Shown in pieces: positions 1 to 10,003 of a DNA stretch of 64,000 nucleotides (position 1 is the first letter of the stretch; each line of letters starts with the position of its first letter). The stretch comes from Candidatus Bathyarchaeota archaeon (GTDB lineage: Archaea; Thermoproteota; Bathyarchaeia; Bathyarchaeales; Bathycorpusculaceae). The DNA is taken from assembly GCA_963827165.1 (NCBI GenBank), contig CAWGZR010000005.1:896001-960000 (forward strand), read 5' to 3'. The translations under genes and the position numbers were made by a program. Below the pieces are notes generated by a model. That model was not told the origin of the DNA, did no database searches, and saw only the letters and a program-made list of their open reading frames with translations.

Positions 1-70
1 AATTCAACTAAAACGCTGCTTTACCTTAAAAGGGATATTTCGAATCTCGTAATATATCTTGTTCAACGCG

Positions 71-355
71 TCAACATTTCAAAATATGCTCGATTTGGCT
101 TTTTGTCAAATTCTTAATAAGCAGTTGCTTTTTTCTTGAAGTGGCTCCAGTTCTAAGCTCAACTTTAACCTGTAAGAGCTTTGAAAATTCCTTCAAGATT
201 TCCTTGTTTACCTTGCCTTTCACTGGTTCTTCGGTGCTGTGGACAACAATCTCATCTCCATCAAGCTTCACAGAGAATTTTGGAGAGTTTGTTTTTACAA
301 AAATTGTAATGATGGTGCCGTCTTTGTTTTCTTTGATGCTCATGCAGTTATGCAC
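71..355 (-). CDS. DUF167/UPF0235 (YggU-like) protein
   Basis: IFVKTNS...EEPVKGKVNKEI...GATSRKK pattern typical of YggU; overlaps the 3' end of the topoisomerase gene; true start may be 343. Confidence 0.85.
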   Translation of the reverse strand: MHNCMSIKENKDGTIITIFVKTNSPKFSVKLDGDEIVVHSTEEPVKGKVNKEILKEFSKLLQVKVELRTGATSRKKQLLIKNLTKSQIEHILKC

Positions 356-2001
356 TCGGCTGCCTGCGGTTGAGTCTTGCTTTGGAGTGCCCAGCTGAAC
401 TTATTGCGTAAGGTTTTTGGGTAGAATTTTTCGATGTCGAATTTTACTTTTTTAGCCCATTTCACGTAAGCTGTCGGGTCAATGTATGATTTTAGCGAAG
501 TGCCAAGGTTGTATTCTCTGGTCAACTTGGTCAATTCAAGGTCAAGCTTTGCCTTGTCGATTCTTGCTTCGAGCGACTCAGTTTTTTTGCTTGCAGCCCT
601 CTTAACCTGCAACTGCGCTTCGAGCGATTTGACGTTGGCCTCTTTCTTTTCCAGCCGCTGCTCAAATGTCGGAGGTACCTTTTTCTTGTGGTTTGCCACA
701 ACGGCCACTTCATAGTTGGCTAGTTTTGCATAGTAGGTTTTTTTGTAGTCTGGCGACTCTTTTGTAACTTTTTTCTCGTCGGTTGCTTCTTTAAGCGACG
801 CTTCAAGTGTGGTGGTGCATTTCCATGTGCGGAAGACTTTGGCTGAGAGTTTCGGCACTTTTTCCGAGAGAAAACGGGCCACTTTTTTGGAGTCGACGCC
901 TTCGAAGAGGTACTCTTTGCTCGTTTGCATGTAGTTTTGTATGTTGCGAATGACTTCTGGTGGTGCTGGAAGAGTTTTGTCCCATTCTACGCTGTCTTTG
1001 CCAAGAAAATGGAAGTTCAGTTTGTTTCCATTAATTTTCACGTGTTCAGCACGGAGTGTGATTGCGCCCACGGTGTCTGCTTCATCAGGGTCTTTTTCGT
1101 CGCCAACCCTCATGTTAACGGCAAAAATAAGCCATGCAACTGTTGCTACCTTCCGTCTCTCTCCATCTTTGGAATCCAAATTTCTTTGAATATGCTGCTC
1201 TACGGTTTTGATTTGTTTGCCTAGATTTTCGGCTTTTTGGAATTTTTCTTTTTCCCGGTTCTGCTTCAGAAAAGCAGTGTCGCTGAACCAGACGTACTTT
1301 ATTTTTCCCGTTAGTTTGTCTTCCCATTTTGCAACATACATCTTTTCGGGTTCCCAAACAACCCCTTTCCAATGTCCCGATGGAACAGGCATGTCAGGTG
1401 GCAAATTCAAAACGATGTCTCCCTCGCTTGGTCCATCCTTCCATTTTCCCCGTTGCGGATGGTCACCGCGTCCAGCGAAAAGACAAGATGGCTCAGCTGT
1501 CCAGTTGGCAATCTCAAGCCGCTGCCCATCAACATCCGCGTAACCGAACTTTTCTTTAAATTCCAGCCGCTTGACTTTGCGTTCGTCAGCTTGCTGCTTT
1601 TTGATTTCTTTTGTCAAAGCTTCTTTCTTGGCTTTTTCTGTCTCGATAAAGGTGCAGACTTGGCTGAAGTCGATTTCGTTGGCTTCGCAGCCCCCGCCGC
1701 TTTGGGTTTCAGCTGGATGTTCGATACAATTTAGGTAGTTTGGAATGAATGTTTCTAGAAGCTTTGCTGAGGAATTTTCTTGTTTTAGTGTATTTAGGAA
1801 CTCGCGCATGAAGTTGTGTTTGAAAACTTTGTCTGGCGGGGACGCGGTTGAGAGACTTTTTTTTACCCATGCAACCGCCATCTGCTCGGTTTTAGGAGTC
1901 AGCTTGAAGGTTTGACCCTTGATTTTGACGCTGAAACCTTTGTAATCGTAAAGTGGAACGAATATGCCGTTATGTTTCAGAGTTTTCATAACGTGTCGCA
2001 T
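340..2001 (-). CDS. top1B: DNA topoisomerase IB (eukaryote-like)
   Basis: EPSCLFAGRGDHP..GKWK, MRVGDEKD, FLGKDSV, KVFRT, NHKK and catalytic GTSLKSYIDP motifs. Confidence 0.95.
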   Translation of the reverse strand: MRHVMKTLKHNGIFVPLYDYKGFSVKIKGQTFKLTPKTEQMAVAWVKKSLSTASPPDKVFKHNFMREFLNTLKQENSSAKLLETFIPNYLNCIEHPAETQSGGGCEANEIDFSQVCTFIETEKAKKEALTKEIKKQQADERKVKRLEFKEKFGYADVDGQRLEIANWTAEPSCLFAGRGDHPQRGKWKDGPSEGDIVLNLPPDMPVPSGHWKGVVWEPEKMYVAKWEDKLTGKIKYVWFSDTAFLKQNREKEKFQKAENLGKQIKTVEQHIQRNLDSKDGERRKVATVAWLIFAVNMRVGDEKDPDEADTVGAITLRAEHVKINGNKLNFHFLGKDSVEWDKTLPAPPEVIRNIQNYMQTSKEYLFEGVDSKKVARFLSEKVPKLSAKVFRTWKCTTTLEASLKEATDEKKVTKESPDYKKTYYAKLANYEVAVVANHKKKVPPTFEQRLEKKEANVKSLEAQLQVKRAASKKTESLEARIDKAKLDLELTKLTREYNLGTSLKSYIDPTAYVKWAKKVKFDIEKFYPKTLRNKFSWALQSKTQPQAAECITA

Positions 2002-2171
2002 TTCTAAACCTCTATGTTTCTTCGGTAAACGGCTTTTTTACTGTTAATCCGTTTCCCTTATTATTTAACTTTACAGCCTTAGCTATCTGCTGAAGCCGCA
2101 ACTTTCCATTACCGAGTTTCCGAAACTTAAAAAGATATGGCTAAAACGGCTAAGTTTTCTGGGATTTACTA

Positions 2172-2576
2172 CTAAAACAGGGTTTTTTGATTTTTAGCAT
2201 CCCTACTGTGGAGCAGCTTTTGGTAGACGGCTTCCACGTTTTTGCGTTCAACAAAACCTTTGTGAGGACGAAACCCGCCTCCGAAGCCACCTGGAATATG
2301 CATAAGCTCATGGATAAGCGTCTTTTCTTGGTCTTCAGGTCGCATTTTATCGTAGACTTCCGAGATGACCTCGATGGTGTAAGATGGGGGCAGGTTTAAA
2401 ACTCCTTGCCAAACTTTGCCAAGTCCATGGATACGTGCAATTGTGCGTCTTGCCTTGGACCCTCTGCTTCTGATGCAGAAGACGAATTGGGGCACAACAT
2501 GGTAAAACTCGCATTCTTCAGCTAATTCGTCAACATGTTTTTTGATTTCTGGAGCTTCAAAATACTTTATCGGCAA
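2172..2576 (-). CDS. Putative metallopeptidase (HExxH)
   Basis: LIHELMHIP motif; RS.GS...IARIHGL typical of the small archaeal predicted metallopeptidase family; TTG start. Confidence 0.75.
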   Translation of the reverse strand: MPIKYFEAPEIKKHVDELAEECEFYHVVPQFVFCIRSRGSKARRTIARIHGLGKVWQGVLNLPPSYTIEVISEVYDKMRPEDQEKTLIHELMHIPGGFGGGFRPHKGFVERKNVEAVYQKLLHSRDAKNQKTLF

Positions 2577-2769
2577 ACTGTTCCCTCTCTCTCCTAGACG
2601 GCTTAGTATATGATTTTCATGTTAAGAAGTTAAATGCTTTTCCCTGAAACCGTGTTTTCTGCGGGCTTTATTCAAGAGCTGGGAGCACCTAAAAGGAAGC
2701 CAAAGAGGCTAGACACGGATATTGACAAGGCTTTTATCGCTAACGAACCCATTTCTAATTGATGTTTTT

Positions 2770-3201
2770 ATGCCAGCGGTTAAAGATATTATGACCAAAA
2801 ACGTCGTTACCATCGACGTTGCACAAAGCGTTTTTGAAGCTGCTGAATTAATGTCTGAAAAAGGGGTAGGCTGCTTGGTCGTCACTAACAAGGTTGTTCC
2901 AGTTGGAATAGTCACTGAACGAGATTTCGTAAGGCGAATCGTGGCTAAACGAGCTTCATTTGACCTCAGCGTGTCTGAAATCATGACTAAGAGTCTCGTT
3001 ACGGTTGAACCTGACGCCTCAATTAGGGATGCAGCGCGGTTAATGTCGAATCACAAAATCAGGCGACTGCCCGTTCTAAAACAGAACCAGCTAATCGGAA
3101 TATTGGTAGCCACCGATTTAGTTCGAAACGTGGGCAAAAAAACCACGGCGGAAGAAATTATTGAGGCTATAGGACGGTACCCGGCAGGTTTGATCACATA
3201 A
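2770..3201 (+). CDS. CBS-pair domain protein (copy 1)
   Basis: VKDIMT...GIVTERD...IRRLPV; ATG at 2770 chosen by alignment with the paralog at 5668. Confidence 0.9.
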   Translation: MPAVKDIMTKNVVTIDVAQSVFEAAELMSEKGVGCLVVTNKVVPVGIVTERDFVRRIVAKRASFDLSVSEIMTKSLVTVEPDASIRDAARLMSNHKIRRLPVLKQNQLIGILVATDLVRNVGKKTTAEEIIEAIGRYPAGLIT

Positions 3202-3232
3202 AGCCACAACGTGTGAAACAATGTCGTTGATG

Positions 3233-3784
3233 CTACGTTTCAGCTAAAGAAATCCTTCTTCTTGTCGCAGTTTGCATTTTTCTAAGTTTTTTGATCATTT
3301 CATCGATTTCAGCGCTTTTTTCTTTGAGGGTATCGATTGAATCCTCAGGTTTTCCGGTTCTTGCTTCAAGAAACATAGCAAAAAGGTTCGGTGTCTTGGG
3401 CGTTTGGTCTGCGTGTAAATTTACGTCTAATACGCCTGTTAAGTATTCTTTGAATAATTCATGCATACTGTTGGCCAATTGGCTCTCTTTTGTTAGAGCG
3501 CGTTCCAGAATTGCGAGGCCTGTCCCCGTAATTTTGTATATCTTTCGTCTTCTTAGGTTTTGGCTATCCCATTCACCTTTGACATAGTTTGATTCTTCAA
3601 GGTCGTTTAGGATTCTGTAGATTCCGCCGCTAGTTAACTTGACTGTACCTTTTGTTTTCTCTTTGACTTCTTTCATTATTTCGTAGCCATGGCATGGCTT
3701 CTTGCTCAGCAATGTGAGTGCTATTAGCCGTATGTAGCCCTTACGCATCTCCTTAAGCCAGCCAACTGTGGCGTCTTTTTCCAT
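3233..3784 (-). CDS. PadR family transcriptional regulator
   Basis: HGYEIMK..GGIYRIL..LE...RRKIYKITGTG; divergent from the MFS gene. Confidence 0.9.
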   Translation of the reverse strand: MEKDATVGWLKEMRKGYIRLIALTLLSKKPCHGYEIMKEVKEKTKGTVKLTSGGIYRILNDLEESNYVKGEWDSQNLRRRKIYKITGTGLAILERALTKESQLANSMHELFKEYLTGVLDVNLHADQTPKTPNLFAMFLEARTGKPEDSIDTLKEKSAEIDEMIKKLRKMQTATRRRISLAET

Positions 3785-3906
3785 AGGTTTTTCCTTTTGT
3801 TCCTCTTAAGCATCAAAGCAATATTTATATTCTATTGAAACATATGCGACTAAAATATATCCGACGTATGCGAATGAAACTGATTAACTTGCGAGGCTGC
3901 TAAACA

Positions 3907-5586
3907 ATGGTTGAATATAAATGGGTCGCACTCTCAAACACAACTCTGGGTACTCTCATGGCTTCAATAGATGCCACTATTGTTTTGATTGCGCTGCCAG
4001 CTATCTTCCGCGGAATTAACATCAACCCTTTTTCATCTTTCCAGTACATGCTGTGGATATTGTTCGGGTACAGCATTGTAACCGCCACGCTGCTTGTTAC
4101 TTTCGGGAGGCTTTCAGACATGTTTGGTCGGGTGAAGCTTTACAACCTTGGATTCGCAATTTTCACAGTCGGCTCGATACTGCTCTCGATAACCCCGAGT
4201 CAAGGTGACGCAGGTGCCATCGAGTTAATAGTTTTCCGGATAGTCCAAGGCATCGGCGGCGCATTCTTATTTGCCAACAGTGCAGCGATAATAACAGATG
4301 CCTTTCCGAGTAATGAACGCGGAAAAGCCCTGGGAATAAATCAGATATCTTTTCTCGCAGGTTCCCTAGTGGGTTTGGTTCTGGGTGGAATTTTAGCAGT
4401 TTACGACTGGAGGCTCGTGTTCTTGGTAAGTGTGCCAGTAGGAGTGGTAGGAACAGTTTGGTCGTATCTGAAGTTGAAGGAGCAATGCACTATCCGAAAG
4501 AACCAAAAACTGGACATTTGGGGAAACATCGCTTTTGGCGGAGGCTTAACATTAATTTTGGCTGGTGTAATCTACGGCTTGATACCGTATGGAAGCTCAG
4601 TTATGGGCTGGGGCAATCCATGGGTCATTGCTTCGCTCGTAGCGGGGGCTGGTCTTCTCATTGCCTTTCCCTTTATTGAAAGTCGAGTCGCCGAGCCAAT
4701 GTTTAGGCTTGACCTATTTAAGATACGGGCTTTTAGCGCGGGCAATCTTGCTTCGCTTTTTAGTTCCATGTCAAGAGGTGGAGTGATGATAATGCTTATC
4801 ATTTTGCTTCAGGGAATTTGGCTTCCTTTACATGGGTACAGTTTTGATTCAACGCCATTTTGGGCTGGAATTTTTATGATTCCTATGTCTATTGGATTTG
4901 TCTTAACTGGACCGATCAGCGGTTGGTTGTCAGATAAACATGGAGCAAGGTTACTCGCCACCTCGGGCATGGTGATTTCAGCCGCCGCCTTTGTGGGGTT
5001 CGTTCTGCTTCCAGTCAATTTCATCTACACTGCCTTTGCAGCGGTACTTTTTATAATGGGCATTGGTGGCGGTATCTTCGCTTCCCCAAACATGGCGTCC
5101 ATTATGAATTCTGTTCCTGCCGAGTGTAGGGGTGCAGCGTCAGGAATGCGTGCCACCATTCAGAACAGTGCAAGCACAATAAGCCAAGCCGTCTTCTTCA
5201 CAATCATTATAGTTTCGTTGAGCGCGACTCTTCCAGGTGCACTTTCCTCTGCTGTCACAAACGCGGGTGCACCTCAGCTTGCTTCTGCCTTGAGCGCTAC
5301 CCCAGCCTCCGCTGCTCTCTTTGCCTCATTTCTAGGCTACAACCCAGTTGCAACTCTGATTCACAGCCTTCCCGCATCTCTGGCAAGTTCCATCCCTCAG
5401 GCGACGGCCAATTATCTTACAGGATCAAGCTTTTTTCCAACTGCGATTTCGTCGCCGTTCATGACTGCACTCAGGGAAGCGTTCGTTATCGGTGCGGTGA
5501 TGTGTGTTATAGCTGCAGTTTGCTCTGTGTTGAGAGGCGCAAAATACGTTCATGGACAAAAAGCTGATGCAAAAGGAAAAGAATAA
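3907..5586 (+). CDS. MFS drug:H+ antiporter (DHA2-like)
   Basis: ~14 hydrophobic segments, GRLSDMFGR motif [10 protein letters not shown] motif. Confidence 0.9.
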   Translation: MVEYKWVALSNTTLGTLMASIDATIVLIALPAIFRGININPFSSFQYMLWILFGYSIVTATLLVTFGRLSDMFGRVKLYNLGFAIFTVGSILLSITPSQGDAGAIELIVFRIVQGIGGAFLFANSAAIITDAFPSNERGKALGINQISFLAGSLVGLVLGGILAVYDWRLVFLVSVPVGVVGTVWSYLKLKEQCTIRKNQKLDIWGNIAFGGGLTLILAGVIYGLIPYGSSVMGWGNPWVIASLVAGAGLLIAFPFIESRVAEPMFRLDLFKIRAFSAGNLASLFSSMSRGGVMIMLIILLQGIWLPLHGYSFDSTPFWAGIFMIPMSIGFVLTGPISGWLSDKHGARLLATSGMVISAAAFVGFVLLPVNFIYTAFAAVLFIMGIGGGIFASPNMASIMNSVPAECRGAASGMRATIQNSASTISQAVFFTIIIVSLSATLPGALSSAVTNAGAPQLASALSATPASAALFASFLGYNPVATLIHSLPASLASSIPQATANYLTGSSFFPTAISSPFMTALREAFVIGAVMCVIAAVCSVLRGAKYVHGQKADAKGKE

Positions 5587-5667
5587 GCACGGCGCGGTAC
5601 AGGCGCCAAATCATTCTATGAAAATGCTTTTATCCGAAAACGATTTTTTCATATAGTTGGATGCTTT

Positions 5668-6099
5668 ATGCCAGCTGTTAAAGATATCATGACTAAAAAC
5701 GTCATGACTGTTGATGTTGACAAAACTGTCTTTGAAGCGGCTCAACTTATGTCAAAGAAGGGCATAGGTTGCTTAGTGGTCACTGTCGGTGACGTTCCCT
5801 CTGGTATAGTAACTGAACGGGATTTCGTGAGGAGAATAATTGCGCAGCGTGGCTCTTTTGACCTTAAAGTATCCGAGATTATGTCTAAATCTCTCGTTAC
5901 CGTGGACCCTGATGCTTCAGTTAAAGATGCAGCAAGGTTGATGTCAAGCCACAAGATTCGGCGGCTTCCAGTTTTGAAGCAAGGCAAGCTTGTCGGGATA
6001 GTGGTTGCTGCTGACTTGGTGCGTAATGTTGGGAAAAAGACCACGTCTGAGGAGATACTTGAGGCGATAGGGCGTTACCCTTCAGGACCAATTACATAG
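5668..6099 (+). CDS. CBS-pair domain protein (copy 2)
   Basis: Close paralog of 2770-3201 with the same length (143 aa). Confidence 0.9.
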   Translation: MPAVKDIMTKNVMTVDVDKTVFEAAQLMSKKGIGCLVVTVGDVPSGIVTERDFVRRIIAQRGSFDLKVSEIMSKSLVTVDPDASVKDAARLMSSHKIRRLPVLKQGKLVGIVVAADLVRNVGKKTTSEEILEAIGRYPSGPIT

Positions 6100-6260
6100 A
6101 ACGCTGTTTTCGAAATATGCTTTCATCTGAAAAAGGCTTCACCTGAGCTTTGGATAATCCTAATCATAGGATTTTATACTTCGCAGGCTTATTCTGCGCT
6201 GATTTAGCAAAACTTTATAACATCGCCAAACGTTTTGGATTCTAAAAAGGTAGAATCAAG

Positions 6261-7181
6261 ATGAAATTCGGCACATACATGTTTGAAGCTAAAAAAGTTC
6301 CAGGCTTCGACTTTGACCTTTTCCGAGTTAAACCAGAAGTAGGCAGACGATTACCACCGAAACCTGACATGTACAGCAACATCGCGATCTTTGGCGACAA
6401 CGTTACCGCACGGAACCACCCAGACTGGATTTCACAGTCAGATCTAGGCCCAGCATGGAGAACAAACGACAACTTCAACGTAAGATGGGACATTCTTTGC
6501 GCAACCCAGCCAGAACACCGCGCTGAACAATTAGACTACATGGAAGACGTTGCAAGGAAAAGCCCCGGAATATGGCTAAACAGCATCCACTTCGCAGATC
6601 ACGGACACTGCATATGCCCACGATGCAAAGAACTTCACGAAAAAAGCGGCTTAAGCTGGTATGAATGGCGACGAAAAGAAATCACCGAGTACATGGCGGC
6701 AACAAGCGAACGAGTACGTGACAGAGCAAAAAGCCAATTTGTAATCGGCGTCTTGCCTGACCCAGTTACAAACTACGAACGCTTCGGCGTAAACTTTGAC
6801 GACTTAGCTCCTCTGACCGACGAATTCCTCGTGGTCATGTTTAGCAAAAACTACGCTACTCCTTGGTACTGGGAAATGCTTACCCGCAACTTCAAGAAAC
6901 TCTTCAAAGACGTCAAGCTGAACATTGCATTGTACGTTATCGGACCCGGCGACGACCCACGTGAAACACCAACTGCAAGCGAACTTTTGACCGTTTCAGT
7001 GCGTATGGCAAGAGCGGGTGTAGATGGACTCCTGTACTTGACAGACAAGGCTGCACAGATGGTCGAGTTCCAGAAAGCCATGATAGCCCAAAAAGACGCT
7101 CGCGAGCGTTTGAAGAGCTACGGTGGCAAAGCAGGCCAAGAAGTCCTAGACTTAGTCACAAGCTGGGAAAAGATCGTATAA
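6261..7181 (+). CDS. Hypothetical protein, possible glycoside-hydrolase-like TIM barrel with HCxCxxC insert
   Basis: HPDW..S, LCATQPEHR, GHCICPRC resemble putative GH-like barrels; strongly C/A-ending codon use. Confidence 0.5.
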   Translation: MKFGTYMFEAKKVPGFDFDLFRVKPEVGRRLPPKPDMYSNIAIFGDNVTARNHPDWISQSDLGPAWRTNDNFNVRWDILCATQPEHRAEQLDYMEDVARKSPGIWLNSIHFADHGHCICPRCKELHEKSGLSWYEWRRKEITEYMAATSERVRDRAKSQFVIGVLPDPVTNYERFGVNFDDLAPLTDEFLVVMFSKNYATPWYWEMLTRNFKKLFKDVKLNIALYVIGPGDDPRETPTASELLTVSVRMARAGVDGLLYLTDKAAQMVEFQKAMIAQKDARERLKSYGGKAGQEVLDLVTSWEKIV

Positions 7182-7269
7182 TAAGCGCCCAAAACACATC
7201 AATGCAGGCATGAGTGGTAAAAAAAACCACCAGGCTGCCATTTTTTATATTAAATTATTTTTTGCTTTT

Positions 7270-7698
7270 TTATTTTATGTAGTCTAATGCTCGGGTTTTG
7301 GTTTCCCGTATTTCCTTCATGGATTCGTATTGTGCTTCTATTAGGATTTTTAGTGCGTCAATGTTCTTTTTCACTTCGTCAAGTTCACCGGTCTTAAGCA
7401 AAATACCCGACTTCACCAGTTGCTCATTCATCTTCTCAACCGTTACCTCAAGCACTTTGACTTTGAAAGCGAAAATCTGAAGCGTATAGAGTAGGCTTAA
7501 TTGGGAATTCAAAGTTTCCAGCTGATCCAAGTAACGAGTTTTCTTTATGAACGCCTTTATTTTCTGTTCATCTGAAGCCTCAGGTGCTTGCATAATTTGC
7601 TCGTAGATCGCTGACTGCTTCCATGTTGCCTCCTTTGTTTCATCAACAACTTTCTGAATCCGTTTAGCGGTCTTATCTAACATATCTAAGTACTTCAT
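7270..7698 (-). CDS. Hypothetical coiled-coil protein
   Basis: Helical, charged sequence; ATG at 7698 (MKYLDML) preferred over the long AT-rich upstream extension. Confidence 0.6.
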   Translation of the reverse strand: MKYLDMLDKTAKRIQKVVDETKEATWKQSAIYEQIMQAPEASDEQKIKAFIKKTRYLDQLETLNSQLSLLYTLQIFAFKVKVLEVTVEKMNEQLVKSGILLKTGELDEVKKNIDALKILIEAQYESMKEIRETKTRALDYIK

Positions 7699-8119
7699 CC
7701 AAACCCCATTCTCCCCCAAACAATCAATGATTATGGTTCCACCACTGTAATAACCATTATATATAGAATAACCTATTAAATCGCATGATTTTAGAGAGTT
7801 TGTAATTTCTACTATTAAATCGCAAACTCCGTTTTTTTGGTTGTTTTGGTTCATTTTTTCACGCTTCATATTTACTAAACTAAGTTTGCCTGTGCAACCT
7901 GTCGCCGGAACTTTTCTTCCCCTGAGAATTTGAATAAGAACCCTAAGTTGCCAGTTGGGAGAGGTTGCCCCGATTTTTTTCAAAAGCATCAAATTCAAAA
8001 GTTCTTGAAAAAATCTTTGCAGTCGACAGTTTTTTCCTTCCGAATCCCTTTTTTAGGCAAAGCATAAAAAATCATGGCGTCATTTTTATTATTAGTAGTG
8101 ATTTAGGACATGGGGGCAG

Positions 8120-9847
8120 TTGCGAATGAGTGGGCATGGGTTTGTTAGTGGAAAAGTTGTTTTGGGCGTAGCAGTTTTATGCGTTATTCTGCTGAGTGTT
8201 ACTGTTGGTCTTTTGGAGTTCCAAAATCGTGGTCTTCAAAGCCAGCTCGAGTCTAAAAACTCGGCGGTTTCTTTATTGAACTCGCAGTTAAACTCGACTA
8301 GTGATTCGCCGACGGAGTTGAAGGCAACGGTGGCTTCTCTTCAGAGTCAGTTGAATTCGGAGAACGCCACGAACCAAAATCTCAAGTCACAATTAACAAA
8401 TGAAACTAACTCAGCAAACTCCCAGGTTTCGCACCTTCAGACCTTGCTTTCATTTTCAAACGCTAACGAGAAAGATGATAAAAGCCAAATCTCTTCGGAG
8501 CAATCAACAGTCAACTCTTTGAAGTCACAGGTAGCCAATTTGAAGTCGACAATGGCGAACTGGGACGCGCCCGTCACTGATGGATTCAGCCTGATCCAGA
8601 TTACAGACACCCAATACCTTAGCGATAAAAACCCTGAATTATTCAACACCCTCACAAACTGGATAGTCGAAAACAGTAACGCATTGAATATCTCAATGGT
8701 TATCCACACTGGCGACATCGTGCAAAACCCCCTAAATCTGACCAACTGGCAAAATGCCAATGACGCCATGATGCAGCTGTACAACAACGGGGTACCCTAT
8801 TGCTGGGACGCCGGAAACCACGATTTCATCGGAGAAACAACTCCTGCCGGTAATAACAATGGCGCCTGGCTGGGTGGGAGCGGCTACTCCGCTTTTAATG
8901 TTGTCGCTATGCAGCAAGAACCATATTGGGTGGCAAGCATCTTCAACGGCACAAGTACCGCAGTACAATTTAGCTATGGTAACTACCGCTTCATGGTAAT
9001 CAACATCGCCTACGACTCGAATCAAACTGTCCTTGCCTGGATGCAAAGTCTTCTTAAATGTAACCCGAACGTAAACGTTATTGTCGCCACACATAATTTC
9101 CTAAATGGCGCCGGTGGCTACGGGTACGCTGTTAGTCCTCAAGATATCAGTTGGGCCAATAACTTTGAAAATGTAGTAGGCAATTACTCGAACGTTTTTA
9201 TGACTTTAAACGGGCACGACGTAGGCGAAGGGGCTGCATTTAACCAGAAATTGGGGAACCGAGAAGAGATCTTTTTTAACAGACAAGAAATTGACGGTGA
9301 GGCTGGTGCGGCATCCGCGAGAATTTACACATTCAACATGACCAACCCGGCACAAGCAACTGTAACCGCTTACACTTACCAAGCCTACTCAAACCCACAG
9401 GGTGGACCTTCATATTTAATCGATCAGATCAATCAATTTACCTTCACATCGAAAATGATCGCCTATTCCCCTCAAATTACGAACCTCGAAAGCAGCACAC
9501 CGTTTTTAGGAGCAAGCGGCTTTAGCACAAGCTTTTCAAACCCAATAACTTTGGCAAGCTATAACCAAACCGGCGACTTGCTCAGATTCTACAATTTGAC
9601 TTTGAACGATTTCACCTCGAACCTGACGGAAAGCTCAGTTGGCGCTAGCATCTCAATAAATACCCTTGACTCCAGCAGCATATCCTACACGGTCAGCGGT
9701 GGCGGCGGTACCCAGGCCTTTCTCGTTGACACACAGCCAACATCTGTAAACATAGATGGAACGCAGACCCTCATTGGCTGGACTTACTCAAACGGGGTTG
9801 TCACAGTTACGAACGCCACCAAAGCAGTAACAATAAACTTCACATAA
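8120..9847 (+). CDS. Membrane-anchored/secreted calcineurin-like metallophosphoesterase with coiled-coil stalk
   Basis: N-terminal TM, heptad region, TDTQ / HTGDIV / AGNHD / ATH / NGHD motifs. Confidence 0.85.
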   Translation: MRMSGHGFVSGKVVLGVAVLCVILLSVTVGLLEFQNRGLQSQLESKNSAVSLLNSQLNSTSDSPTELKATVASLQSQLNSENATNQNLKSQLTNETNSANSQVSHLQTLLSFSNANEKDDKSQISSEQSTVNSLKSQVANLKSTMANWDAPVTDGFSLIQITDTQYLSDKNPELFNTLTNWIVENSNALNISMVIHTGDIVQNPLNLTNWQNANDAMMQLYNNGVPYCWDAGNHDFIGETTPAGNNNGAWLGGSGYSAFNVVAMQQEPYWVASIFNGTSTAVQFSYGNYRFMVINIAYDSNQTVLAWMQSLLKCNPNVNVIVATHNFLNGAGGYGYAVSPQDISWANNFENVVGNYSNVFMTLNGHDVGEGAAFNQKLGNREEIFFNRQEIDGEAGAASARIYTFNMTNPAQATVTAYTYQAYSNPQGGPSYLIDQINQFTFTSKMIAYSPQITNLESSTPFLGASGFSTSFSNPITLASYNQTGDLLRFYNLTLNDFTSNLTESSVGASISINTLDSSSISYTVSGGGGTQAFLVDTQPTSVNIDGTQTLIGWTYSNGVVTVTNATKAVTINFT

Positions 9848-10003
9848 ATTTCTTCAAATTACATTTCCGCGCGAAATGGCTTTCTCATTTTTCAGGAAAT
9901 TTTCATGTTGCTAACTTTGTAGATAGCTACTTGTTTTTTTTGAATGCAGTCGTTTTAAACAAAAAAGTAAAACCCAAAGCTTAAGTCTAGTTCAAAAAAC
10001 CTG

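Noticed and set aside
7699-7998. N-terminal extension of the 242-aa ORF
   Set aside because: AT-rich promoter-like sequence; the internal ATG at 7698 is more plausible.
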